A stretch of DNA of 64,000 bases from Dimorphilus gyrociliatus (Eukaryota; Animalia; Annelida). The translations under genes and the position numbers were made by a program. The stretch is from contig CAJFCJ010000019.1 of assembly GCA_904063045.1 (NCBI GenBank), positions 3,664,684-3,728,683 on the forward strand, read 5' to 3'. Each line of letters begins with the position of its first letter. Within the stretch, counting starts at the first letter, position 1. The notes beneath the pieces were generated by a model. It saw only the letters and a list, made by a program, of their open reading frames with translations, was not told the origin of the DNA and did not search any database. Below are positions 13,406-31,491 of this stretch, piece by piece.

Positions 13406-13923
13406 CTAGACGAAAGCAAAATAAATCATTAGCTCTTCGCCCACGTATGCGTCGCGCAATTTCTTATGCAAATCATTATCATTTGAAAAAAACCACGCCT
13501 AAATAACGTCACATTTTTTCAACTTACTTTTTTGGTGAAGAAAATTCATAAAACACGTTTAGGCCGCTTTTAATGGCTAGCGCTGAAGCAGAATATCGTC
13601 CGCACGGTCAACGAACGCACCAGATGGATAGCTTCTAGTGGACGTGTATATGGTCCAATAAAACTGTAGTTTGATATGTTATGGTTAGATTACACAATAA
13701 GCAGAATACAGCAATATTTAATTTTTATTTCTATGACCAAAAAAACCGACTTTCTGTCGACTTACCTATTTCTTCCACAGGAAACGCCTGCTGTATTCCA
13801 AATGTGAAATAACCAAAATGTCGCTCCTAGTTCGCACGAGAGTAATCGAGATTTCTTCGTCCAATCAAGATTCTCTTTATAAAATTTCCAGCCAATCATG
13901 TATAGACTTGCATTTTGACCAAT
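13406..13923 (-). promoter_or_regulatory. EIF5 5' UTR intron, non-coding first exon and triple CCAAT promoter
   Basis: Minus-strand donor AG|GTAAGT at 13765, branch CTAAT plus pyrimidine tract and CTAG acceptor at 13406, and CCAAT boxes at 13861, 13892 and 13919. Confidence 0.5.
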
Positions 13924-14721
13924 AATGAAAGCACGTATTGCTACCTACATAGATTTGGACATGCGCGTAAAAAAATTTCTTTACACGTGCTCAAATGATA
14001 GCAGACAGCATCTTTATCTAAATAAACGAAATAATTAAGATAATAATCGAAATTTGAATTTTTAATGAAATGAATTAATAATGTATCAACAAAAGTATTA
14101 TAAAACAATTCCATGTAAACTCTTTTCCTCAATTGAGTTTGGAACGTTACAAAATTATTAAACCATCATTATTAGATAATTATCTAAAAAAAAATAGCAA
14201 GTACATTAAGAAACAACACTTGAAACCCGTTCCAACACATTTATTTTACCTTTTTTAGAATAACCTAATGATATTTATCCTTATGAAATTGCATAGTGAA
14301 AGTTTTCATCACCAGAAACTTAAATTTCCATGACCTTATTAACTGTCCGATTATAAGCTAATAATGCAAGTTTTCAAAAAAATTCCTGATTCCTGAGACA
14401 TATATTTCTGCTTTATAAAGTTAGACAATAATATTAATTACAAAAATGATAGTTTTAAAAAATGATCTTTCACACAAAAATAAAATATGCTCTGGGAAGT
14501 ATTTATTCATTTACGATGACCATTGTATATCCCTTATTCATTAAAACGCTCGGGTACATGGTGCATTTTAAGAACGACAAAATCATTTTCATGAAGATTA
14601 ACGTGTCCAAAGTCAAAAAATAATTACTAATTTTGTTTTTAGCGTTGGGTAAACAATATAAAAGGTAGAGTAAAACTTCAGATAATTTCTGAGGTTATAT
14701 TTAATTTCACGTTAGATTTCC

Positions 14722-17338
14722 CTAGTCGTTCGTCATCAGAGTACTGTCGTTATGTTGAATAGTATTTAGATCTAGTGTTATTGCTGCGAGAAAGGCAGAA
14801 ATACTGCCATAATTTTCAAGATATTTTTGGCGATGTTGCTTTAGAGATTCCATCTCGCTATAGCTATTCTTTAAGAGAATTAGATGTCCCCCTTCTTCCT
14901 TTTCAGTTCGCTATTAAAATATAATAGAAATAAACTTCATTGAACTTAGAAAAAATAACACTGGTTACCTTAAAATATAAGAAATGTTCAGAGCACACAG
15001 CTAGGTCATTTACAACCTTATAAACCTTTCGCTCGGGTTCATATAGTTTCCATCCCGTTAACTCAAAATAAATCATTTTTAACTCTTTTATTGTCTTTTG
15101 TGCCTGCTCTTCTAAACGCTTATATTTGATATGTTCGCATTTTAATGTCGATTTCATTCCTATAATTTGCTCAGTTAACTCCTTTACGCTACTAGCATTT
15201 TCTTCAGCACGAGCTGTAATATCAGCGAAACTGTGTCCTTCTTCTAGTAATTGAACCCTTTCAAACAGTCGCTGGTTTTCTGTATGTAGACGAGCCAATT
15301 CAGCATTAATATTTTCCCACTTTTTCGACAAAGGATTATCCTTTAAGTGAATAACTTTGCTTTCACTTAAATCCAGTCCTTCAGCTTGTAGACCTAGCTC
15401 TTTGGCGGCTGCCTGCTTTTCTCGTTTACATTTGTCTAACTCACCTTGAACAGTTTGTAGTTGATTCCTTAGATGGTCAAGCATTTGGCGATCGCCTGAT
15501 GGAGTAACAGGAGATGATAAAGTGTTATTCATTTGCTTATTAAGTCTTTTCAACTTGGCGTTTAATCTATGGCTAACAGTTTTTTGCTCTGAGAGTTCGG
15601 TACATTTTTCATCTAATTGCCTTTGAATATTTTCTAGGGCAGTTTTGTATTCCGCTGATAATTTTTCCATTTCTTTCAATCGCCGTTCAACTGGTAGCTC
15701 TTCTGCTCCATCACAAACTGTTATGTCTAATTGAGCTTTGAAAGAGTCAACCAAAGCAACTTGAGCATCTCTCTCCTTAATAGCCATCTCCAAACGGATT
15801 TTTAACCTTTTCAAGCGATCGTTTAATTCTTTATTTACATTATCTTGCCTAATCACGGTGTCTTTTATCTCGGAATACTCTTTACGCTCGTGTTCTAGTT
15901 TTCCCTCGAGAGAAGAGAGGCTAGAAGATAGTTCACCTTTCTGTGCTAAAAGTAATTGGTGAGCAGTTCGCTCAGCCTGCAACTGTCTTTCAAGTTCCAT
16001 CACCTTATGGCTACCGCCATAATGCATTTGTTTCTTCAAGTTTTCAAACTCAACTTCGATAACTCCAAGTTGTTTACAACGTTCTTCCAGTCGCTTTGAT
16101 TTAATCTGTTCAGAGTTTAGTTGTTCTCTTAATAGGTTAATATTCTCCGAAAAAGAACTGAAATAACAACATAATTAAATTCTCTGTCGTTTCTATTGAA
16201 AGAATTAAGTATATTATATTTACGTGGCCTTTTCCAGTTCTTCTTTATATTTCCGAGCTTCTCTTTCAAGGCGAGGAATACTGTCCAACTTTTTCTTGTT
16301 CATTCTAACTATAGCTGCATCATCTTCATAATCGACAATCAGTTTTTGTTGATCATACAGTCGTTTTTCAGAATCAGCTAGTTTCGATTGCATTTCGAGT
16401 ATTTGCTCTCTAAGTTTTTTGTTGGCCTTTTCATACTCCAAAGCATCTTCAAGTAATATCTTATTAGTATCGTTATTATTTTCAGATACATTCAGTTTCG
16501 ATTCAAGACTCTGATTATCTTTTGCTAGAACTACTAGTTTCTCTTCCAAATTGTTTATTTTCTAGAAATTAATAGAAAAAATTAGCTATTTCGTTTAATT
16601 TCTAACATTTAATATATGTACTGATAGTAAAGTGGATTTTTCTTTTTCTAATTCCAGACATTTTGTTTCTTTTTTTCTTAACCTTGACTCCAGATTTAAA
16701 TAATTTAACTCCGCTTGTTCCTCCGTCTCAGCAATCTACAATATCATTTTTTATGAAAGAAGTAAATTTTATAAGTTGATACTCACTTTATCTCGTAATT
16801 TGTTACGCTCCCTCTCAAGACTAAGGACCTTTCTCTCTATTTCTTTCAATTTTACTTTATCGCTCTAACAGGAAATAAACTTGTAAATTTTGAAAAATAT
16901 CTAATTATTCTACAAATTACATCATGTAACAATGTCTTTTCCGTAGACTGTTGTTCATACTCTACCCGAGCTTTCTTATTCGAAGTTTCAAGTTGAATGT
17001 TTGTGTGTTCTAGCGAAGCAATTTTAGCCTTAGCATTAACTAGTTCTTTACGAACAGATCGCTCCTTGTGCAATGAATCTGAATATAAACAAATGAGGTA
17101 GTATTTTTTCTCTTACAGAGCAAAACCAACCTTCAAAGTAACTACTGGAGTCTGATTGTGATAATATTGAAGCATCAAAATTTAAACTTTGTCTGACGCT
17201 TGAAGAAGAAGAATCAAGCGATTTATCAGCAGCTGGGTCATTCATAAGGTTGGAACTATCTCTTTTCAGCAGCCTTCTGTATTCCTTTGTTACAGTTTTA
17301 ACGACACTATCCGTCACAGTTGTATCAAAGTGAGCCAT
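14722..17338 (-). CDS. MAD1L1: Mitotic spindle checkpoint protein MAD1, multi-exon
   Basis: Long coiled coil, MAD2-interaction-like KVIHLKDNP, RWD-like C-terminus YFELTGWKL...FLYFK|...SISAFLAAITLDL. TAG at 14724-14722. Confidence 0.85.
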
Positions 17339-18256
17339 AATCTGCACAGAAAGAGAGCGATAAATAGTATTTTTGCTGGTTTTCTCAAGTAAAAGCAACC
17401 GTTGCGAATAAATCTTGAGTAATGTGGTACAAATAAATTTCCAAGCACTCTTATAACTTAAATTATAGGAAGTAGCATCTAAAAGGAATATTTTATTAAT
17501 AAAGCGCTATTTTTCAAACCGGAAAGAGGCTTCTGGTCATCAACTGAAAATTGGAACAGAATATGAGAAACCAGTTTTTCTTTGATTTACTTGGTTATTG
17601 ATACTTTAAAAGTAACAGGCGGCAACATCTTCATGTCATAACACTTTGTCCTAAACGCAATGACAGTCCTAAAAAAGAATAACATTTTTTCAAAATAAGA
17701 TAACAGTGATTAATCAATTCGATATAACTCTGTGTATCTTTCACAATCTAAACACTTATGAACTCTCTTTTAAAAATTCAATTGTTGATAGCTTTTTTTT
17801 GTCAATTCCAAAATTTCATTAATTTTAGAAGCGTGATTGTCCTTGCTAAATTTGACTTTGAAAGACAATAAATGAAAGTTTAATAGGTCGCAAAAATAAC
17901 AGAAACACTCGCGTAACCTCTCTAAACAATTTATTGAAATGAGAATATATCTGAACAAAACTTAGAGGTTTATGCTATATCTTTTAACATTGCATAGTTA
18001 TAAAACAATGGGGTAAGTTAAAACACCATATTGCAGAGCATTTAAAGTAAATGTACATAATTGTAATTAAAACTGTTTTATTTTAGATTTCAAGCAAATA
18101 TTAATTTCGTTTCAGAAGGGAGGACACAATGTGCTTTAAAGCATGTTGTACCATAACAATCAAATCCTAATCGTACTATTTTATATAAAAGTACGCAAAG
18201 AAAACAAACAATGAAAAATTAACTAAACTGGACAAAAACTTATTTTCATTCCAAAT

Positions 18257-21160
18257 CTACGATGATTTGCCATTCCTTTCTTTTGAAAAGTGATCATAGC
18301 AGAATTGACGAATTCTATTCCCTGCTTCTAGAAGTTTATTTTCAGGGACCGTTAGAACAACTCTGAAATATCCTGGATACTGAAAACAGGAAGCAGGTAA
18401 ACAGAACACAGACTGTTCTGTTACTAAATTTTCGGTAAATTCAACTTCATTTTTATAGTCTGGGAAAGATGATAGGTTGATTCCAACCTAAAATAGAAAT
18501 AAAAATAGTATTGTTTTATTGTAAACAGTGAAAAAAAACTAAATAAAAAAACAATTGATTCTAACCATCATGTACATGGCTCCCTGTGGCATAACAGGCT
18601 TTAGGCCGGGACATTCCAAGAAGATGTCGTATAAGATCTTTGCATGTCTGGCAACAGTTTGACAAGTTGAATCATAAAACTCTTGAGGAGTATTCATTAG
18701 AATACACTCTAAAGCGCCTTGTGTAACAGAATTAGGTCCTAAGATCCTCTGAGATAGGGCCACAAGCCCTTTTCGTAATTCGGGAAATTTGTTTTGGGTA
18801 TCGTTAATACAAATCCATCCCATTCTCCAGCCTGTTTATTAAAAGCAATTATTTAAGCATTTTTATTTATAAAATTAACCAGTATTTTCCCTATTCATTC
18901 CAACTTTCCAAGAGATTGCAGATTACATCTATATTATTTTATTAAAATTTTCACTTAGTAGACTACATATATCTATTGTTGTTACTATAATTAAATTAAA
19001 ACAAGATTAGAAATACAGTTAAACATCTGCTACAATTATATTTTCAATAACAAATGAGGGATATTATCATTTTCTGTTAAAAATAAATAGTTTAAAAACT
19101 TAGTATATTAGTTACAGTGATTGTAAGTTGAAGTGTAAGAACATTAATCCTATGAGCTAGTAAATAATTCCCAGTTCTAGTTACCTTACCTAACCCGATC
19201 AATAAAGGTTAATCACCGCGAAAATGAAGAGTAGTATAATGTTTTTATAAAACAGCCACCGTTGTCATGTGGTTCTTAACTAGGTGACCTTCAAATTTCT
19301 GGACAAGATAGGAGTAATGAGAACAATTTGAACTTACCCGGTATAAGCCAGCGTTTAGTTAGACCACCACAAGATAATATCGGAATATTCTGGTTCACGC
19401 TTGCCATGGAATGAAACGTTTGATCCGGAAAAGTAAAATCGGCATAAATTTCATCCGCAATAACGGGCAACTTAAACTCCTCACAAACTCCCAAAACTGT
19501 TTCTAAGTGTTTCTTAGAATAGACCGAACCGCAAGGATTCGATGGATTACACAATACAATTGCTGCCGTTCTTTCGTCTAAAAGACTTATTAAATGATTG
19601 GTATCTACTTCCCAACCTTTATCGGGAAGTAAATTATAGTGACGAACCTGAATACCTAGAGAATCTGCGAGGGTTTTATACAAAGAAAAGCCTGGTTTTG
19701 GAACAAGTATATTATCGCCTGGATTAGCCAAGGCTGTTATGCAGATATCTAATGCTCCCGATGCACCAGAGGTAAGGATCACGTCCTTAGCTGTTAAAGG
19801 TGCATTCTCTCTCCTCGCATATTGGGCAACGGCATCTCTAGCTGATTCGGCGCCTATCGAAGGTAGATAACCGTTCCATTTTTCCGATTTTACAGAATCT
19901 ACAATTGCTTGAACAACATTATCTGCCGGTTTTAAATTACCAAAAACAGTAGGATCGCCAATTGACAAAGCGATCATAGATTTCTCGGGATTAGGAGTAA
20001 GTTTCATTTGGTCTACTAGTGCTCTTATGGGATTGAAGGTGTTCTTTGCAATAGTAGACACTTCGAGATTCCATGAATCAGTTGATCTTGAGCATTTTTT
20101 TTTCAGTATTTTAGCATCCATATTTTGCTACAAAAAAAAGATTTTAATCACAAATTGTCCTTGAAAAACCTGATAACGATAGTACTAAAGCTTCACTGAC
20201 ACATAAAATTATATTTAACATAGTAATAGGACAAGAAAAAACTTTGCATAACATTGTTTGGTTTTGAGATATGATCGATAAAATTCCTATACGAAAGAAA
20301 ACCAGATGTGGAGCGATTTTCCGCTATAGAACATTACAATTTCCAAAAAAAATCGAAATTCATATTCATTAACAAGTTGAAGGTTTAGCGTTTCCAAGTA
20401 AATTACATAATTTCATAAACAAATAAGAAGGATAATTAAGAGATTTAAAGAAAAAGACAAAGAATATTTATATAATAGCCCTGTTTTCAAATGTCAACGC
20501 GTTAAGAAACAATCGAACTCTGAAGACTTTTTAAGGTTAACTAAACAAGGTGTTTAACAATAAAATTTGAGAGAAGTTCGTAAATTAACATCTATGAACA
20601 ATGTTTTTCAGAAAAGTAAACTATAGCAAATTTTTTACTGACTATCTTTAAACATAGCATCTAAGAAACAAAATGGAAAATAGTTATATAATAGACCTCG
20701 TTTATAAGATCTTATAACAACGGAACAATTGGAGTAAGAAGAAGTTGCTGTGTTTTTTAAGGTTAACTAAACAAGTCGTCAGTGAACAATATTTTATATA
20801 AGATCTAAAATTAACAGTAACAATTATAGCATTCTCAGAGAAATTAATTATCGTACATCTTTAGAGATGACCTTAAACAACAGCATCTAATATTATGCAG
20901 ACATATATTGAAAATCGATCTTTAAATAAACTGAAACATGCAAAAATTTAGAAAAGAGTCAATAGAATGTACAGCGCAAAAAGAGTTAACTTGTAGATTT
21001 CACCTTCTCGAGTTTCATTGGAGAATTTGTTCGAAATTATAAGACATTGCCCTCAATTTTTAATTCTGTCGTTTCGGAATATGATAGAAAGTGTTTAAAA
21101 TAGCTTTATACTTACAACGTCGTCGCACGTTTTGACCCTATGGTACTGTGAAGACAACAT
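18257..21160 (-). CDS. TAT: Tyrosine aminotransferase, 4 coding exons
   Basis: NPIRALVD, SIGDPTVFGNL, LTSGASGAL, NPSNPCGSVY, ADEIY, PLP lysine GGLTKRWLIPG|WRMGWI, EQSVFCLP. A short in-frame first exon (21160-21116, MLSSQYHRVKTCDDV) splices to 20127. Confidence 0.94.
20528..20775. repeat. 22-bp direct repeat within a decayed ~226-bp tandem duplication in TAT intron 1
   Basis: TTTTTAAGGTTAACTAAACAAG at 20528 and 20754. Downstream CTTAAACA(T/AC)AGCATCTAA-like segments are also duplicated. Confidence 0.7.
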
Positions 21161-21201
21161 AAATTGAATACTATAAAGAGAGCTACCTTGGTATATGGCG
21201 G

Positions 21202-21212
21202 TAGATGGCACT
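21202..21212 (+). promoter_or_regulatory. CTCF-like motif in the TAT/SMC3 divergent promoter region
   Basis: TAGATGGCACT, with a CCAAT near 21250. Confidence 0.4.
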
Positions 21213-21830
21213 GAGAGCACATCCGGTTTAAAAAACTGAAGATATCAATCAACCAATCATCTTTAAAAATAAAAATAACAGATAAAACAACAGTAAAGAG
21301 ATCTTTTGACCATTTAAAAGTACTTTCTTAATTTAGAGAGTAATCGTGTGAATGTTTTAGACATCCTTTTGAGACTGTCAATCAAATCCAACTATTGATA
21401 AATATTCTTTATCTAACATTTCACTTATAAGTTAATAATTTTATAGCAGAAGTTCATTCGAATTGTAATAAATTGAGTACTTTTTTAAAAGAAAATAAAT
21501 ATTTTTGTTGTTGAGAAACTTTCATGGCGTATAATGAAGATATATTAATCTGAAAATTTAATACAGTAATTCTACTAAGATCAAGTTGGTACATAAAACT
21601 CTTTTTCAATAATAGACAATTAGGAAAATTTGAAGTGTTATTTCGCTTCCATGGTAAAGACTTCGAAGACTTTTTATAACAAGCTATTTCCTATATCTGA
21701 ACACGAACCAGTTTAACAACAGGAAGTTGTCTCGTTTGACAAGCCGCTTCGGCGCCATTATTCCTATATTCTATTATGTTGTTAGACGCTGTTTTCTTAT
21801 GTATTCTTTGATAAAATCCAAAAATCAATC

Positions 21831-25817
<3,987 letters not shown>

Positions 25818-26053
25818 AACATTTTTTGTCGTAGTCTCCAATGAATGTTGTTTATTTTTTATAGTGTTCAAGAAGCCATTTCAATACATCATTTTTAAAC
25901 GGGTTTTTTTTTATATAAATAAAGCAGTAACAAATTCCATTTATAAGAATAAAAATACAACCAACCAAAAGAATAGATTTTTATTTATCATTTTCTAACG
26001 TGAAGATATACAGACACTAAATTTGTATAGTATTTAGCAAAATTCTCAGTTAT

Positions 26054-28111
26054 TTAACTTCCTTCTGCTTTAACAGGAGTAGAACTAATTTCATTTAGTG
26101 CTGTCTTCGGTTCGTTTAATGGAGATATCTGAGTGTTTGATACCTGAGCCGCAAGCGATGCGACATCTACTGGTTCTATTGGCGGCATTCCTGGTTGAAT
26201 GAAAAAAGATTTTTTGTATATATTAATATATCAAATTAACCAATAGATAGCGAAGTATTAGCTAAGCAAGCCTAATAGCTTAGGACGAACCTGCTGGCAA
26301 TGAAAGAGTACCAGCACCAGGAGCTAAGGTAGATGGTATTGTAACTGCTGTGGGAAAATTAGTCGTCGGAGATACACCTGGGAATTTTTATAAAGCAAAA
26401 ATAATAATTCCAGGATCCTAAAGCCTAAGAATATCTTACCTGGAACACCAACAGGAAGAGGTGATGGTACTACTTGACTAAAATCAGGTAGAGTCGCTGG
26501 AGAACTAGTGACATTCGGTTGATTCGTTCTTAATGAATCCGATAAGTCTGGCATAACAGTTGGAATTGTTGGAGCCAATGGAGGCGGTAAGCTCGAACTT
26601 ACTGTAGCTATATTAAATGAATATACAATCAATTTAAATAAAATAGAATAAATTTTTTAAAATTAATTAAAACCACAACATTAAAATGTCTCCATATAAA
26701 AGATTATTTATGAAATTAATATTAAAGAAGTTCTATTCAAAGTTAATCAATAAATAAAATTACATGTGGAAGAAATGTTTACTTTTCTATGGATTTTACA
26801 CAAAAGGATTTAAAAATAGAGAAAATTTAAATATAGCGAGTAACTGCTGGGATGATTTACATAGTTTTCAGTTAAAATATTAAGTTTAAATAATGGGGGG
26901 AAAAAAAAATGCAAGTCAACAGAATAAAAAAAAAACAGTAAAGATTTGTAAAATAAACTAATTATTGTTCAACTTACTCATAGTAGTTGGAGATAAAGCA
27001 GTTGAATTAGTAGTAGCAATGATAGTATTCACAATTTCAGAGGCTTTTGTTTCAGTTGCCAAGTCTAATGGAACATTTGCAAAACCATCTTTTAAGACGG
27101 GTGGTGGGGGCATTGAACTTTCAATTCCACTTGGTAAAATATTTGGCTTGCTATCCTCACTTTTTGGGATTCTATGCAAATAACCGTAGCCAATTCCACA
27201 GCCTAAACACCCTTCTCCACCCCAAGCTCCATTTGGTGTTATAGTAATTTCTCGACAGCAATCGCTTTCAGTATTATAAACATAAAGTTTCAAGGGTTTA
27301 CCCTCATGATTTTCAATCAGAGTAAACAGGTCTTCTGACTCGTGGAGTATGGTATCTGCACCAATAATGTAATCCGTAAATGACTTTAGTCCTGCAGCAC
27401 TTGCTGGAGAATTTGGTTGAACTTCTAAAATATGCCAAACATTTTCATTTGCTCCCTCAAATGAACAGAACCTATAGAAAATACAAATAAAATTAACGTA
27501 TTCCAAAGAATTAGAGTTTTTTTTTTAAATTCTAATTATCGGACAACGATAGTTTGTTGATCATTATGACTCTATTGTATGATGATGTTCAGTTCAACTG
27601 AAAGATCTATATCTTTTGCAATTGTTTTTATGTTTTTTTTTAACAGTCAGCTGCCGAATATATGAAGGCCTCACCTTATGCTTACGCCGAGTAAACCTTG
27701 ACCACCCCAACTATGAGAAGGTATTAAATCTAATTCTCGACAACTCCGTATTTTGCTATTATAAACTAGTAATTTAACCGGTTTGTCAACATTATTTTTC
27801 AATAGCTCCCGTAGTGAATCATTATCTTGATTCTGGAATAGATTGTAATTTTATCGATCATCTTAAAAAGGAAAAATTAGGATATGCTTACTAATCGGTG
27901 ATTTCCGATAGCTACGATAAAGTCGAAAAAGGCCTCTAGACCGGCTTTATGACCAGGAGATCCTTCTTGGACCTAGCGAAAATAAAAGAACCCAATCAAA
28001 TTTGAATCACTTTCAATATTATTACAAGAAGACAAACAGTCTACTCACACGGAGAACATGATAACCTTCTGTTCCTCCACCAGGAACAGGTGAACTCTGA
28101 GAACCACCCAT
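26054..28111 (-). CDS. GORASP2: Golgi reassembly stacking protein (GRASP55/65)
   Basis: Myristoylation start MGGSQS, GYHVLR, tandem PDZ ([21 protein letters not shown]; [20 protein letters not shown]), Ser/Pro-rich tail. Confidence 0.93.
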
Positions 28112-28558
28112 TAATTATGATAAAAGAGTAGAAAAGCAATTTCTAAATATCGGTTGACGACCGTCTGCAACAATATGGCCGACAACGTGGCAACGCATGC
28201 GCATTAAAAGTTTCGGAAGAAAAAATATTACCAACATGATCAAACACCTCTTGTATTAGGTGGCGCCCCGATAATATTCGAATATGATAAATTAAATAGA
28301 TTTTAATTATTATATTCATTCGAAAGACTATTACAAACATTTTATAAACTTCTGAACAATACAAATATTGCCGCTTCATAAGCCCATATAGTAGCGATAG
28401 CTTTTATTGTTCCTATGTGATGCCAAACATGAATTAAATGCTGTGTAGCCTTTTATCTTTCGCTGCAGTAGGGACGCGATAATTTCTGAGCTATTTCAAA
28501 ATAGAATTAATAAAGAAAATAACTTCCAAATCAATAAGGAAGGATTATCTAATTCAAA
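28112..28558. promoter_or_regulatory. Bidirectional promoter GORASP/THUMPD2 with NRF1-like and CTCF-like motifs
   Basis: Head-to-head ATGs 447 bp apart. CGCATGCGCA at 28194-28203 and TAGGTGGCGCC at 28257-28267. Confidence 0.5.
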
Positions 28559-30212
28559 ATGGAAAGCTTTATGTGTACTTTCGGAAAAGGGATGAATAAG
28601 TTTGTTTCTCAAGAATTAACTGAGCAATTGTCAACAAATCTTCTTCTGGTAGTATTGTTTTTCCTAATTCATGCAATGGTGTAAAATTGGAACTTATTTT
28701 CTTTAATTAAACCTTATTTTCTTCACGTATGTAATTGGATCATTAAATTCGTGCCGCTTTCAGAAGGAAAATACAACAGGTAAAATTTTTTTCGAGACAT
28801 TACTTGATGATAGTCTTTTATCATTAAAGACAATTGAAAGATTATTTGTCATTCTATGCCATCAGAAATGTAGCAGTCGAAAAGGTATTAAACAATTATT
28901 TTATGTATATTTAAACTCAATTACATTTGGAGTAAACAGATTTGATGCAAATTGTGAAGGCTAATCAACTGAAGATTCGTTTAATAAACGGCATTGAAAT
29001 ATGGAAAAAATTTCAAGATGAAGGAAAAGAAATAAATAATTTTAGATTATCAACAAAAACGTCAAAAGAATCCAAGCATCTACAAAAAGTAATAGTTTTT
29101 CTCATCTAATGGAATAATAGCTGTTGACGAGTAGTGTAATTTATTTCAGAAACTGGAAATAATCCTTTCCAAGTCTATAAGACAAGCGACAAATCTTAAA
29201 GTTAATTTGAAAAAGCCTGATGTAGAGGTTATTTTACATTATTACTTGATTAAATTTGGTTGTTGACATTTTACTTTTCTTTCACAGGTCTACGTTAATG
29301 TGAGTCCTACTGATATAACAATAGGCTTCCCTTTGACAAAGTAGGATTACTATTATTATTCATGATTTTATTATTATTATTGTTATTATTAATTTTATCT
29401 TAATATTTAGAACACCATTGTCAAATCGACCTTACATAAAGCACATAGGCTTACGATCTACTGTCGCTCACATATTATGCAAATTAATTGAGCCGAAAGT
29501 AGGTAATTATTTACTAATACGAAATATTGTCTAATAAATTACAAATTCATATTATAGCCCGAAGATGTAATCATCGATCCAATGTGTGGATATGGAACCA
29601 TCTTATGCGAAATGAAGAATTATATTGCGGTAACAATAGTAACAATGTTACTTTGAAATATTGTACTAGTTCGATTTTTTTTAGAATACAAAATGTTCTG
29701 GTTACGATATAAACGAGGATTCAATTGCAAAGGCAGTCGAAAATGCTGGTGAATTTGATGACTTAAAATTTCAGAGAATCGATATTAAAGGTAAGACCGA
29801 AATAACTTTACAAAGAACCTGTTTGTTTAGAAAAAGAGATATTTTACAGATTTATCGCTGGCTGATGATAGTGTTGATGGAGTGGTTTGCGATATACCTT
29901 TTGGACAAAAACATCTAAGCGTAGACGAAGCAAAAGAGCTACTTCCTCGTATCCTACAGACAATATTAAAGTAAGATTGGGTCCTATATCCGTTATCTCT
30001 CTTCTATAGAATAATATGTTGTATCCATTTTCAATAGAATATTAAAACAAGAAAAGTTAGCTGCCATTTTATTAAGTCCTGAATTAAGAAAGTCGATAAC
30101 TTCTAAGGAGGTGAATGGATGTACCCTAACAAAAATAAGTGAGGATTCATTGAAGCTTGGAGAGACTTGGGCATATATTATTGTCTTTAAAAAAACTCAA
30201 AATACTGATTAA
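28559..30212 (+). CDS. THUMPD2: THUMP-domain m2G RNA methyltransferase, THUMPD2-like, multi-exon
   Basis: FMCTFGKGMNKFVSQEL, GKIFF...LKTIERLF, GLRSTVAHIM, DPMCGYGTIL, DIPFGQKH, KLGETWAYI. These are closer to THUMPD2 than THUMPD3 as I recall the sequences. Confidence 0.8.
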
Positions 30213-30949
30213 ACTTCATGTTCTGTATTATAGTTTACCAGCTTTTAATTGAAGTATTTCCAACGTCAAATTTCTTTTTTTATATAAATGTTACAGTTTA
30301 TCCTTTATTTTATTCAGCTTCTGGTCTTTCCCTATAACCTTTCAAATTTGCCAATACGTAGCCCATTGGTGCAACTACACCAATAATCATCACGGTTCCC
30401 AATGTTGCTTTTTCCTAAAATATATAATTTATATAAATATGAATCAACATGTTCAGCTTGTACATTTCAATGTCAACATACCGCGAACGAAACACGAACT
30501 CGTGGGGGTCCGGAGATGACTGTTGCTTTTTGTACAAAGCTACTTTTTACTAAAGGTTCCATTCGTCTAACTGATTGGCGAAGAATAGCCGACATTTTCA
30601 AAATTGTATGTTCTTTTTCGAAAATCTGAAATTCGCGTCTGCTTGACCTTAATATGGCTGCGAAAGTCGTTGGTGCGGAGCTATTATCAGATTAGAAAAT
30701 AAAATTTTTTATCAATCAAATATACATATATATGGCATTTAAAGAGAATTTTAGAATACCGAAAAAATATCTAATATTTCCCCGCGAACTGCTCTTTTAA
30801 TATTGTGAAATTGGTTCTGAACCGGAAGTTTCAAACAGCGCCATATTTTGCATCATATAGGAGTTCTGGGCGCCAATTTTTCTGTTTCCTTTTATAGCTG
30901 TAAACAACTCTATTTACAACTCATTAAGTTGAGATTTAGTTGTATAATC

Positions 30950-31491
<542 letters not shown>

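Noticed and set aside
17400-18250. Unexplained gap between MAD1 and TAT with a clean plus-strand GTAAGT...TTTTAG pair (~18013-18086)
   Set aside because: No frame stays open across the candidate exons. It could be a lncRNA or UTR but cannot be supported from sequence alone.
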